Positions 38,163 to 48,919 of a stretch of 64,000 bases of DNA are shown piece by piece (within the stretch, counting starts at the first letter, position 1; each line of letters opens with the position of its first letter). The DNA is taken from IMG/VR virus record IMGVR_UViG_3300026549_001031; one strand, given 5' to 3'. The notes beneath the pieces are model-generated. The model did not search any database. It worked only from the letters and a program-made list of their open reading frames with translations, and had not been told where the DNA came from. Source of the stretch: a virus (lineage: Duplodnaviria; Heunggongvirae; Uroviricota; Caudoviricetes). Position numbers and translations under genes: made by a program.

Positions 38163-41100
38163 ATGAAAAAAGCTAAAGTACTCTTAAAAAGAATAGTGGC
38201 TGTTGCATTGTGTGTATGCTCTATTAGTTCAGCAGTAATTGCATCAATACCAGTTGCTAAAGCAAGTGGAACTTCAATACTAGGCACTAATGAAGCATTG
38301 GGGTCGCCTGTCTTAAATAACAACTTCCTCTTGGAAGATTGGAACAAATGGGAAATGGTTTGTTGGGGCGTGTTTTTAAGTAACTTCTGTCAGCCTTTGA
38401 TTGATGACTATCAGTCAGCATTTCAAACTACAGGTACAGGAAGTAACGGAGCAGGATATAAAGCTTTATGCTTTGGTAGTGGCAGTGATCAGACAAATAA
38501 TGAGACTATTGAAAAGCTTTGCAATTATGCAATAGCACAGTCTCAGGCTGGTAACAACACTGTTTATGTAGCTTATACAAAGTTGAAGAAAACAAAACAG
38601 CCTGATGGAACAGAGGTTGGACAGCTTGGAAAAAAGAAAGATCCTAATAAGGATGATAAGGTAGTGAGACAGGCACACTTCAAGGATTTCTTCTTCCAGA
38701 TGGAAGAGGATGATGGCACTACAGATGATGCTGATGCAAGTACAGATCCTAATTCATCATCTGGTACAAGTGGATCAACAACACAGGATGATTCAACTTG
38801 GGCTAATTCAAATGACACAACATATCCTTCCGGTACATTGAAAGAATATCAATTAGATCAGTATAATAAATTAGCAATGCTAAAAGAGGGAAAAGTACCT
38901 ACCTTTTATATTAAGAATACAGAGGGTAAATATGTTAAGCTTTTAGATTATACAAATCCTTGGGATGTGCAGATGATATCATTGATGATGAATGCTGTAC
39001 GTAATTCAGATTATAAAAAGACATTTGTAAAAAACTTTGAGAGTTATTGGAGTACTAACCCTGTTGTGACAGCAGATCCATTTGCGAATATAATGGTCAG
39101 CAAGAAAATGTTAATTCCTGCATGCGTAAATCAGAATATTACAACTGATAAACAGGTAAATATCATTAACTCTTGGGTAATGAATCATTACACAAATACA
39201 TATACAGATCAGCAAATTCTGCTAGGGCTTAGACAAAATAACAATGCTACACTTGGTACAAGAAATCTGTTGTTTGAGCCTTATCAAGCAGGATATCCTG
39301 CATTGGGAGAGACAAACATAGGTAGCATAGCATTGATGTACTACGATACAGACACTATAGTTGCTCAGTCATACTTAAATAGTAATAAGGTACCCGAGTA
39401 TGGTAATACCTTATTGACATTGTTTGGACAAAATGCAACTAAAAATAAGCACAAGTACACTCCTAAAATTGAGATTGCAGGCAATGGGGCACGTACAAAG
39501 AAATGGTTTCAGTCTACAACAGATACAGATGCAGTCATAACTAATACATTATATGTTTGTAGTTTATTACCTAATGTGCTCAAGTATAAAGATACAAACA
39601 TTATCAACTATATTGAGGACTTTCAGGGTAATAAAGTAAAACTTATGTCAGATAATCCTGTTGCAATTCCGATTCAGATGCTTACATCTACTGTCAACAA
39701 CGAAAATAAAAAAGGTACTAATCAAGGAGCAGTAAGAAATTTCTATAATACATTGTATCAGGCATATGCAGGTAAGTTAAAGTATTCTGCAGACATGGAT
39801 AGTGATGGTAAGATGGATAAAACATCAATCACTGATGAATTAACAGATACAACATTTGAGGACTTTAAGAATAAAGTAGTAGAGGACAGATTGTTTAAGA
39901 AGTTTAAGAAAATTGATACCCGTTATAAAAAAGTGGGTAATCTTGCTGGGATGTGGAGAGAGTTCTTTGACTATGGTAATGATGAGACATTCAATGATGA
40001 TCATAATAGGGTAATTCTAGCATATCCTGTTTCTGATGTAATGAAAAACGTCAGCAATGTGTTGGGTATAGAGGACGGTACGGAATTTAGTGTGTACTCA
40101 ACAATGATTTATATGACCTACTTAAATTGGTATGGAATCACTAGTACTAACACAATGGCAACAGGTACAGAAAAGACAAGTAAGTTTAGTACAGATATAT
40201 ACAGTGATAACCTTGATATTTTGAAATATGATCCTAGTGCTGATATCAATGCTAAATCAGAAGAGGACATGGAAAAAGAGGTATTACAGTATGGATATTT
40301 AATGTTACATCCTGAAGATGGTAGGTCATATAGAAAGACAATGGCACTAAATGGTTTAGCAGACTGGATGTATGAGGAATACAATAGAATTTGTTATGGT
40401 GGTTCTGATAGCACTTACAATGGTACAGCATCAAGAAGTAATTCAGGCTTCTTAGCAGTTCAGTCATACAAGGAGAATTTCTTAACTAAACCTGTATTAA
40501 ATGCTTATGCTAACTTCTCTGTTTGGGCGATTGCAATATGTGCTATACTGATTGTCTTGGTGGGTATACTAAAACATAGAAAAGCAACTTGGTACTTATT
40601 GAGTTTTATGTTTGCATTTAATGCAATATTGTTGGTACCTGCTTCGGGAGATATAGTACCTTATATTACATCGAACTTCGTTCAGAATATGTTTAGCAGC
40701 AAGATGACTTATTGGTCAATCAGTCAGGGAATAACAAATGCAGCGGCTGAAAAAGAAGCAGCATCTGGAACTTTGGATTCTAGTTCAGACCTGACCAGTG
40801 AGGAGGCTCAAGAGGTCGTTAAATTAGTAAAACAGCTCAATAATGTTTATACTGATAGGTCACTAATGGTTAAGCAAGACATATCACAAAAAGTTACTCA
40901 AAAAGTTTCATCTTCATATTCAAGCATTCAGCAGTTGCAATCAGCAAGATGGTTATTACCTATGGTCATGCAACAGTTTACTGGAGACAAGGGTAATGAG
41001 GAGAATTACATTTATAAATCATTATCTAACATATGGGATGATATGTCAAACTTCTATTGGTATTACAAACCTCAAGATGCTACATTTACAAATGCATCAT

Positions 41101-43310
41101 CACCTACTGCAACGTCTGGACAGCAGACAGCAGATCAACAAGCAGCTGATGATAGTGGCACAACAAGTACAACCAGCACAACAAGTACGACAAGTACAGC
41201 CTCAAGTTCAAGTACAGGCAGTACAAGTGATACAGCAACAGGTACAGGAAATGCAACTTACAAGTCAATTTCAGAGAAATACAGTGAGATTGGTGCTATA
41301 TACGCTGATCATAAGAACACTAACAATGCTGAACAAACAGGAGTACACTATAAATGTTACTGTTATGAAGTAAACGGTGGCTCTGACAGTTTAGTTCACA
41401 CAGTTGCATACTATTTACCTAGAGGTACACGTCAGGTAGTTTCAAGAGGTAGCGACTTTACAGCAAACTATAAAAATGTTGACTCATGGCAGAGTTACAT
41501 TGATAAGGCTTCAAAGACAAGTGGGGATCAATGGAGGACAGATGTAGATAATGGAGACATTGCTGGATTTGAGACAACAGCAGATTCTTATGATAGGACA
41601 GACAGAAGTACTATTACAGAGGATATGGAATATCTTATAAGCACTGAATCTCCTATGTATTACATGTACAACACAGTTAAAGACACATTTGATAATTCAA
41701 AGACACTTGGATACTTAATTGGACAGTTGCAAGGTAACATTAAGAGTACAACAGACAGTGATGGAAATACAGAGGACATTAGAGATAACTTCATGTATGC
41801 AACAAGGTCTGATGGAAGCACTACAAACAGTGAAGGACAATTAACAGATGATGAAGCATCTAATAATTATACAGGCTGGGTAAGAGATGTAGTTGACTTG
41901 GAGGAAATGTTTAATAACATGATGCCTTATATGTATCAAGTTCAGCTTGAGACAGGTGGTTTTGATGGAGTCTCTGGAGTTCTGAAAGATAAAGAGATAA
42001 CAGACAAGTTGCCTATGTACGAAGGCACTAAACAGTCTTGGATGTACAGATCTAATTGGGTTACAAAGATCATGGAAAATCCTGAATACAGCAAACCAGA
42101 GACAGCTATGACAGCTGATGGAAAGAGTTTTACAGTGAATAATCCTGTGTTACCTGAAAGTTATACAAACAGAGACATGGTGTTTAGTGAGGCACAGCAA
42201 AAAGCAGCTGGATTGTCGGATGATGATTTAACACTCGTTGAGTTAAAATGTGTAGAGTGCAATAAAAAGATTGCTAAGCAGTGGACATTGCTGATCAACT
42301 ATGCAGGAACTTCTGGTTTGACAAAAGAAGTGGTTTATAGACAGATGGCTACAGACGCAGCATTGATATTCTGCGATGAGTTCAGTACAAGTGGAATTCT
42401 TAACACTAAATATGACTTATATCCTCAGTCACTGGATTTGAGATACATTTCATTTGATAGTGTCATGAAAATGTTAGTAATGAACATTTCAAAAGATACA
42501 AGTTACTCTTATGGAAATACAATGTCAACATTGATTACAAATGAGAGTGCAGTAACAGGAGCGTTCTTGTTGATAGATGCATTTATTTGTTCCTATGTAG
42601 TTTCATTTATAAGAGTAATACTTATGGCTTTGATTTTCTACTTAGGATTTGTAGCAATGTTACAATCAATATTTAGTAGTGGCAAGGCTAAAGCAAAGGT
42701 TGCATGCGGACAGATAACACAGAACATATTATTCTGTGGTTTAACCATTGTATATTATGCACTGTTTGCATTGATGATGAAAATATCATCAAATGATGAG
42801 GTGTTGTCAGTAAATAGTGTACAGACGAGTGCAGGAAACCCCGTATGGATGTTAGTGATAGTACTTGTAATAAGTGTGGTTTATACAGTTCTTATGGTAA
42901 AGATGATTAAGTTCTGTGTACTTACTTACAGAGATATGGGTTTTGCGGCAATGTCAATGGTTGCAAGTGGAATTGTTGGCAGACTTAGAGACACAATTGG
43001 AGGACTTGGAGATAAGATTTCTGACTCTGTCAATGGCATAGCAGAAGCTGATGTAACTTCTAATACAGATAGTATTGAAGGCAGTGGAAATATGGAAGGA
43101 CAGGCACAGAATGTTAATGTCGTTGAAGCTAATAATCAAACAATAAAAATTGAAAACAATACAAAAGATGAGGATCAGCAGAGCCCTGATGTTTATAATG
43201 GAGCATATTCAAGTGGAGATGTAGACAATGTTGATGAGACTGGTGGCATGACCGCTGAGGATATAGATGCTCAGATTAGGGCTGGACAAGAAATAGAAAG
43301 TGATTCTTAA
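38163..43310 (+). CDS. Very large polytopic membrane protein (possible VirB6-like channel component)
   Basis: 1715 aa with signal peptide, TM pair near residues 780-830, TM cluster near 1470-1600, and S/T-rich linkers. The VirB6 role is inferred from context only. Confidence 0.6.
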   Translation: MKKAKVLLKRIVAVALCVCSISSAVIASIPVAKASGTSILGTNEALGSPVLNNNFLLEDWNKWEMVCWGVFLSNFCQPLIDDYQSAFQTTGTGSNGAGYKALCFGSGSDQTNNETIEKLCNYAIAQSQAGNNTVYVAYTKLKKTKQPDGTEVGQLGKKKDPNKDDKVVRQAHFKDFFFQMEEDDGTTDDADASTDPNSSSGTSGSTTQDDSTWANSNDTTYPSGTLKEYQLDQYNKLAMLKEGKVPTFYIKNTEGKYVKLLDYTNPWDVQMISLMMNAVRNSDYKKTFVKNFESYWSTNPVVTADPFANIMVSKKMLIPACVNQNITTDKQVNIINSWVMNHYTNTYTDQQILLGLRQNNNATLGTRNLLFEPYQAGYPALGETNIGSIALMYYDTDTIVAQSYLNSNKVPEYGNTLLTLFGQNATKNKHKYTPKIEIAGNGARTKKWFQSTTDTDAVITNTLYVCSLLPNVLKYKDTNIINYIEDFQGNKVKLMSDNPVAIPIQMLTSTVNNENKKGTNQGAVRNFYNTLYQAYAGKLKYSADMDSDGKMDKTSITDELTDTTFEDFKNKVVEDRLFKKFKKIDTRYKKVGNLAGMWREFFDYGNDETFNDDHNRVILAYPVSDVMKNVSNVLGIEDGTEFSVYSTMIYMTYLNWYGITSTNTMATGTEKTSKFSTDIYSDNLDILKYDPSADINAKSEEDMEKEVLQYGYLMLHPEDGRSYRKTMALNGLADWMYEEYNRICYGGSDSTYNGTASRSNSGFLAVQSYKENFLTKPVLNAYANFSVWAIAICAILIVLVGILKHRKATWYLLSFMFAFNAILLVPASGDIVPYITSNFVQNMFSSKMTYWSISQGITNAAAEKEAASGTLDSSSDLTSEEAQEVVKLVKQLNNVYTDRSLMVKQDISQKVTQKVSSSYSSIQQLQSARWLLPMVMQQFTGDKGNEENYIYKSLSNIWDDMSNFYWYYKPQDATFTNASSPTATSGQQTADQQAADDSGTTSTTSTTSTTSTASSSSTGSTSDTATGTGNATYKSISEKYSEIGAIYADHKNTNNAEQTGVHYKCYCYEVNGGSDSLVHTVAYYLPRGTRQVVSRGSDFTANYKNVDSWQSYIDKASKTSGDQWRTDVDNGDIAGFETTADSYDRTDRSTITEDMEYLISTESPMYYMYNTVKDTFDNSKTLGYLIGQLQGNIKSTTDSDGNTEDIRDNFMYATRSDGSTTNSEGQLTDDEASNNYTGWVRDVVDLEEMFNNMMPYMYQVQLETGGFDGVSGVLKDKEITDKLPMYEGTKQSWMYRSNWVTKIMENPEYSKPETAMTADGKSFTVNNPVLPESYTNRDMVFSEAQQKAAGLSDDDLTLVELKCVECNKKIAKQWTLLINYAGTSGLTKEVVYRQMATDAALIFCDEFSTSGILNTKYDLYPQSLDLRYISFDSVMKMLVMNISKDTSYSYGNTMSTLITNESAVTGAFLLIDAFICSYVVSFIRVILMALIFYLGFVAMLQSIFSSGKAKAKVACGQITQNILFCGLTIVYYALFALMMKISSNDEVLSVNSVQTSAGNPVWMLVIVLVISVVYTVLMVKMIKFCVLTYRDMGFAAMSMVASGIVGRLRDTIGGLGDKISDSVNGIAEADVTSNTDSIEGSGNMEGQAQNVNVVEANNQTIKIENNTKDEDQQSPDVYNGAYSSGDVDNVDETGGMTAEDIDAQIRAGQEIESDS

Positions 43311-43327
43311 ATTTAGTGTTGGTTTTG

Positions 43328-43363
43328 AGGCTAGGTTGAGGAACGACCTAGCCTTTTATTTTT
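43328..43363 (+). terminator. Intrinsic terminator
   Basis: Stem AGGCTAGGTT / GACCTAGCCT plus T tract. Confidence 0.75.
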
Positions 43364-43383
43364 GGACAAGGAGAAATTGAGAG

Positions 43384-44547
43384 ATGGCAAATGTAACAAG
43401 AAGAAGAAAATATGTAGACAGTGGCGGTGGTATGTTTATACCTATGAATGTAGAGGGAGGTACTTGGAATGAGCATTTCATCACTACTCCTAAACTTGTA
43501 ACCATAGGCTGTATGTTCGCAGCATTGCTATTTTTGTGTTCATACTTAGCAAGTATAAATTCATCAGTAGCAGGCTACATATTGTGGATAGCAGTCTGGT
43601 TTTTCTGTTGCATTCAAATTACTAGGTTTATCATATTTGAGGAAAAGTATTACTATAGAATGTATTTGGAGTTGCAGGAACATGAAATTTCTACACCTTC
43701 ATTATTTTGGAACATTGCATCTATGAATGATACAGAGGATGGAGCAGTTATGACATACTCTGATGGTAAGGTTGGCATTGTAGTTAAAATTGAGCGTGAC
43801 ACAATTACAGGTAAGACAAAGGATTTTGAAGAGACACATTATGATGCGATTTCAGACTTCTATAAAGAGGTCATTAGTAATAGATATTCATTCATGCAAA
43901 TGAATATCATGGAGCAGGCAGGAAAAGATCCTAGACTTGCTGAATTATCAAAGATAGTTTATAAGAGTGACAATGAGAATATTTGCAAGCTTATGGAGAT
44001 GGAGGTCGGTCACATTAAGAATATCACTCATAAGTCATTATATGAAAGCGATTACTTCTTGTTTTATACAAATGACATTACAAAAGTAGATACAATCATA
44101 CAGGACATTACAGAGTGCATATTTAAGTTACTTGATGGAGCATATATAGGTTTTCAGATACTTACAAGTAAAGGTATAGTTGACCTGGTAAAGGAGATAT
44201 ATGGCGTTAACTATTTTAACTCTACAGAAGCTAGTTTGTTGATGTTTAGTGATGAGTATAAGGCAACGGTTCCTCCTTTCAACCTTGTAGGTCTGAAGTG
44301 GACAGATGGAAATGTGCAAGAGTTAACACCTGCAGAAAGAAATAGACTCAGAAACATAACTAGTAGTGTAGTTAATGGTAGCATTGATATGGGAGAGGTA
44401 TCCTTGAAAAAGGCAGTATATAGAAAGGAAGAAAAGAATAATATATTTGATGATATGGGTATTGAAGAGCTCAAGAGCAATATTGAGAATTTCAGTACAG
44501 ATATAGTTAATGAATCATCAGACGATGATGAATACATAGACATATAA
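43384..44547 (+). CDS. Two-TM protein with soluble domain (VirB3/PrgI-like position and topology)
   Basis: N-terminal TM hairpin, soluble alpha/beta domain and acidic tail; upstream of the VirB4-like gene. Confidence 0.5.
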   Translation: MANVTRRRKYVDSGGGMFIPMNVEGGTWNEHFITTPKLVTIGCMFAALLFLCSYLASINSSVAGYILWIAVWFFCCIQITRFIIFEEKYYYRMYLELQEHEISTPSLFWNIASMNDTEDGAVMTYSDGKVGIVVKIERDTITGKTKDFEETHYDAISDFYKEVISNRYSFMQMNIMEQAGKDPRLAELSKIVYKSDNENICKLMEMEVGHIKNITHKSLYESDYFLFYTNDITKVDTIIQDITECIFKLLDGAYIGFQILTSKGIVDLVKEIYGVNYFNSTEASLLMFSDEYKATVPPFNLVGLKWTDGNVQELTPAERNRLRNITSSVVNGSIDMGEVSLKKAVYRKEEKNNIFDDMGIEELKSNIENFSTDIVNESSDDDEYIDI

Positions 44548-44572
44548 AAATATGGAAGGAGACAATTAAAAG

Positions 44573-47278
44573 ATGAGGATATTGTTATCAGGTGGTCTAA
44601 AGACACAGAATATTATTAGTGGAGTCAGTAAGAAGTTTACTTCTAGCGGTGATGAGTTTATTGTGGAGACATTCCTTGACTCCGTTACTTCAATTTTTGC
44701 TAAGGGAGATTATTTTGATAGAGCACTGATTACAGATCAGAGCATTACTAAAGAGGGAGAGATCACAGACGAAAGTGAAATCAGACAGAGAATAAATAAC
44801 TTTGCATTGGAGATGGCAGCTAAAAATAAGAGATACAGCTTTGTATTTCTTACACAGCATAAACATATGGCAGAGATTATTTATGAAGAGATCCTTCCTA
44901 TTTTAGATGACAGCGTTGTAATTTATAAAAAGCCTAAGTATTCAGTACAGTTCTTTGTTGAGTTGATCATTACCGATGTAAAACAGATGCCTAAGGAATG
45001 GGTTTATTCAGCAGAGGATATTGTGGTTGATACACCTGAAACAGATAACGAGCAACCAGAGGAAGAGGTAGATCCTATGGCAGATATGGATGTGCCTGAG
45101 GATACATTCACAGCAACAGCAATTCCTCATGATATGGACAGTGATTTCTTTGGTAAGGCAGAGGAAATTGATAGTGATAAACTTAATGGTTTATTTGAGG
45201 GCACTGAACTTGACACAGACGAGCTTGGTTTACCTGAAGGAGCAGAGGAAGAAGAGGGAGATGGCTTCACTGGAGGATTTGGAGATGGCTTTGGGGACAG
45301 TTTTGGTAGCTTCAGTGAAAATGAAGACAGCATAGGAGAAAATGAGCAGGGATTTAACAATGGCTTCAGCGATTTTGCAGATACACAGGATAGTGGGTTT
45401 GGAGACACAGGAGAAAATGAGGCTAGTCTTGGAGAAAATGGGTTTGTGCAGGATGATGAGACAATAGATACAGATGATATTCAGCCTATTGTACAGTCTG
45501 GGGATATGGCAGACCTTACTGAAGATGAGAATGACACAGATGAAATTCCTGTAGACATGGGCAACAATGAGTTTAACATGAATAGTAATAACTTTGGACA
45601 CCTTGAGGGATTTGATGATTCATTTGAGGATGAAGACAACAGTGAACAGGAGGCAGAGTCAGAAATAGATCCTTCATTATTTGATGACACAAGTTCATTG
45701 ATGGGTAATAATGAAAACACTGGGTTTGAAAGCAACAGCAGTAATGAATTTGAGGAAAGCAACAATAATTTTGAAAATAACACTGAAACACCTGAGGAAA
45801 GCAATGAGTTTGGTACACAGGGTTTAGGAAATGCAGCTGGATTCATAGCTGGTGCAGCTACAGCAACTGTATTGAACAATGGGTTAAACAGTGGAAATGG
45901 TTTAATTGACAATAATGGGAATCAGCAGAGCAATAATGGTTTACTGGAGGGCTTTGATGATGAGGAGGAAACAGCAGTGACTGAAAACGACAGCTTCAAC
46001 GATAATGCTAGTGGGTTTGGGTTTAATGACTATGGTTATGAAAATAATAACACTAATAATGCGGCAGCACCTCTGGTAGATGGTGGAGATTACAGTGGAG
46101 ATTCAGACATGGAGTTTGGACCTGACGACTATGCTGATGATATGGCAGACAATGACGAGAATGCTCAAGAGCAGTATCAAAATGATATTGCCGAACAGGT
46201 AGCAAGAACTCAAGGTGCCTTTGGTATGGAAGATTATCAGGAGCAGGAAGATGAGAACAGCTTAATGAGTCAGCAAAACGTACAGGCAAATAATCAGAGA
46301 CCTGCTAAGAAAAAGGGTGGACTATTTAGCAAAGTTAAAAAGACAGTGTCTGGTGCAGTGAGTACACAGCATAATGAAGAGGAAGAAACAATTAGACCTG
46401 TTGTAAATAAGAAAGCCACATCTTCATCAAATGCTAACAAGATTAAAGAGGATTTAAGACCTTTTGCAGCTAGAGGAAACTCTATATTAGTAACTGGTTG
46501 CGGTGGATGTGGAACAAGTACAATAGCGTTTAACTTGGCAAACATTATTTGTCAGCTAGGATACACAGTTTTACTTGTGGACATGGATACAGAAGAGAGG
46601 ACACAGAATTATATCTCTAAATTGAACTATGAGAGCATGGAAGCAGAGGGAGCTAACTTGATGGTTGCCGTTAATAGCACTACAGGAATTAGTAAAGACG
46701 TAAGTGTTGTTAAGACAGGTTTTCATTTATTGACAATGGGAATTGCAACAGACACAGCTCCTGTAGAGGATATACTTCACAAAGAAAAGATTGCAAGGTT
46801 TATTAACTTGGCTAAGACATCATATAATTTTGTAATCTATGATGTTCCTTTTAAGGAAACAGTTGGTTTCTTAAGTGACATTACTTATATGTGTGACAAC
46901 TTGGTATTAACAGTAGATGCTAGCAACTGGGGAATTACAAAGACATTGTTATCAATGTGTAACATTGATTCAGATGATATGCAGGATACAATGTTTAGTA
47001 GAGCACAGTTAGTGTTTAACAAACAGAGAAGTTTAAGTAGGGTACTTGGTACAAAAGTAAGAAGCTGTCATGACATTGTAAAGGCAATGGATAAAAAAGT
47101 GAAAGAGCTTATAGGAGAGGATCCTGGCTATCATTTCGAGGATTTACACATTGCTGGAATTATTAACGATGACCCTGTATTTGAGGATGGTTGGTTTGAA
47201 CAGGTTCAGTACTCTGATACAAGAAAGGGTCAGGCAATATTCCTTGAGTTAGCAGATAACATTATACTTAAGAAATAA
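44573..47278 (+). CDS. MinD/ParA/CpaE(TadZ)-like ATPase with long acidic, FG-rich linker
   Basis: C-terminal VTGCGGCGTSTIAFNLA, VLLVDMD and FVIYDVP motifs; about 470-aa low-complexity middle. Confidence 0.75.
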   Translation: MRILLSGGLKTQNIISGVSKKFTSSGDEFIVETFLDSVTSIFAKGDYFDRALITDQSITKEGEITDESEIRQRINNFALEMAAKNKRYSFVFLTQHKHMAEIIYEEILPILDDSVVIYKKPKYSVQFFVELIITDVKQMPKEWVYSAEDIVVDTPETDNEQPEEEVDPMADMDVPEDTFTATAIPHDMDSDFFGKAEEIDSDKLNGLFEGTELDTDELGLPEGAEEEEGDGFTGGFGDGFGDSFGSFSENEDSIGENEQGFNNGFSDFADTQDSGFGDTGENEASLGENGFVQDDETIDTDDIQPIVQSGDMADLTEDENDTDEIPVDMGNNEFNMNSNNFGHLEGFDDSFEDEDNSEQEAESEIDPSLFDDTSSLMGNNENTGFESNSSNEFEESNNNFENNTETPEESNEFGTQGLGNAAGFIAGAATATVLNNGLNSGNGLIDNNGNQQSNNGLLEGFDDEEETAVTENDSFNDNASGFGFNDYGYENNNTNNAAAPLVDGGDYSGDSDMEFGPDDYADDMADNDENAQEQYQNDIAEQVARTQGAFGMEDYQEQEDENSLMSQQNVQANNQRPAKKKGGLFSKVKKTVSGAVSTQHNEEEETIRPVVNKKATSSSNANKIKEDLRPFAARGNSILVTGCGGCGTSTIAFNLANIICQLGYTVLLVDMDTEERTQNYISKLNYESMEAEGANLMVAVNSTTGISKDVSVVKTGFHLLTMGIATDTAPVEDILHKEKIARFINLAKTSYNFVIYDVPFKETVGFLSDITYMCDNLVLTVDASNWGITKTLLSMCNIDSDDMQDTMFSRAQLVFNKQRSLSRVLGTKVRSCHDIVKAMDKKVKELIGEDPGYHFEDLHIAGIINDDPVFEDGWFEQVQYSDTRKGQAIFLELADNIILKK

Positions 47279-47410
47279 AGAAAAGACACAGCTTAGAAAG
47301 AGAGATACATGTGAGAGTTGGGAAAATAAATATAGAAAAGACATAAGAATTGGGAAAGCACATGTAGAGAAAGTCATTTAGGAAATATAAATAGCATGGA
47401 GGAAAGATAA

Positions 47411-48826
47411 ATGGACAAGTATTTAATTAACAGTGACCTTCACGGTTACAACAAACAGGAGATAAATAGTTTTGATGCATCTGATGTAAAAGATAGTTTG
47501 ATCATTACAGTTGTAAATAAAAGCTGTGATGATAAAGTAGGTGCATATTACAAAATGGTTAGAAATGCACTAAGCAACTTCAATAGAGTCATTCTTATTG
47601 GAGTAGATGATGAAAACAGAGTGTTTAAGACACTGGCTTGTTTGATGACTACATACAGAGCATACGATATTTACACAGTGGATTCTGAAGAGTCTCTGTC
47701 AATTAAAGAAGTACTTGCTATGGAGGATAGACATCCTGACTTAACAGAGGTTCAGACATATATAGGTGGAGATGTTACAGCCTATAGTGATATGTCAGCA
47801 ATACTATTTGGTATTGAGAGTTTAGTTTCTGAAGGGAACTCTGATAAATTAAAAGAGTACTTAAATGAGCATATGCTTAGCATTGAAAACTTAACATCAA
47901 CATTGGATAGTATGAAAAAGACATGTGACATTTTCAACAGTGACGAGTTGATTGATAAGATCAACAAGTTAGTTGAGGAAAAGAAAGAATTAAGTGCAGA
48001 GATAGATGTCAAGGATACAAAGTTGAAAGGCTTGGAATATGATAAGACAAAGCTTAAGGTTGATTATGAGACATTACAGAGAGAGAATAGGAAAATAGTT
48101 TCAGAGAAAGAAGCAATGGAGGCATCAGCTAATCTTGGTGGAAATGTGTTGAAAGCATATAAACCTATTAAAACACCATTGATTCATTGCAGGACTAAAA
48201 TAGTTCTGTACTTTAAGGAAATATCTTATGTACAGTATGTAAATAGTTTAGTCACACATCTTTTGTATATGCTTACATCTGTAATGAAGATCAAGGCAAA
48301 GTTATTGATTTATGATACACAAACTAATATGTACTCATCATATGGTAGTTTAAGAATTGTTTCAAGCCAGGCTTATATATCTAGTAAGCATGGACTTATT
48401 AGTAAGAATAAGGCATTTGTAGTTTCAGAGCCTAACAGTTCAATTATTAAGGATGTGCTTGAATCAGATCAATCATTCGACGTTGTAATTGTCTATGACA
48501 GAATGAAAAATCCGATTGACGTAGTTGAAGGAAATAACGTTTATAAGTTCTTTGTCATTAATTCTAGTCAGGAGTTTTCAAAGATGTACAAGGAACTTAA
48601 GATTAAAGATCTTGACTATGTAATTACAAGACCTGGTAGTACAATTGGATTACATGAGAAAGATACCTTTGAGGGCAGCTACATTGATATACCTAGCATT
48701 GATGATTATTCAAAGGCAACAAATTCAGCTAAGCTTTCAAAGTATATAAGGTTAGCGTCAATGAATGATAAACAGAACATTTTGAATAAAATTCAAAAAT
48801 TGGCAAATATTGATAGCATGAGATAA
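47411..48826 (+). CDS. Coiled-coil-containing hypothetical protein
   Basis: GGAGG RBS; heptad region at about residues 175-240. Confidence 0.7.
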   Translation: MDKYLINSDLHGYNKQEINSFDASDVKDSLIITVVNKSCDDKVGAYYKMVRNALSNFNRVILIGVDDENRVFKTLACLMTTYRAYDIYTVDSEESLSIKEVLAMEDRHPDLTEVQTYIGGDVTAYSDMSAILFGIESLVSEGNSDKLKEYLNEHMLSIENLTSTLDSMKKTCDIFNSDELIDKINKLVEEKKELSAEIDVKDTKLKGLEYDKTKLKVDYETLQRENRKIVSEKEAMEASANLGGNVLKAYKPIKTPLIHCRTKIVLYFKEISYVQYVNSLVTHLLYMLTSVMKIKAKLLIYDTQTNMYSSYGSLRIVSSQAYISSKHGLISKNKAFVVSEPNSSIIKDVLESDQSFDVVIVYDRMKNPIDVVEGNNVYKFFVINSSQEFSKMYKELKIKDLDYVITRPGSTIGLHEKDTFEGSYIDIPSIDDYSKATNSAKLSKYIRLASMNDKQNILNKIQKLANIDSMR

Positions 48827-48919
48827 ATAAAGAGATAGGCAAGGATATAAAGAGAGATCAACAGGGTTAAACTTATGGTTTAGCCCTGTAAAAATAAAAA
48901 GGCAATAGAGGGTTGAGAT

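Noticed and set aside
47280-47400. Weak ~55-bp duplication in the intergenic region
   Set aside because: Too degenerate in purine-rich DNA to support.
48861-48889. Hairpin ACAGGGTTAAAC / GTTTAGCCCTGT as a terminator
   Set aside because: No U-tract follows; more likely an mRNA-stabilising or processing stem.
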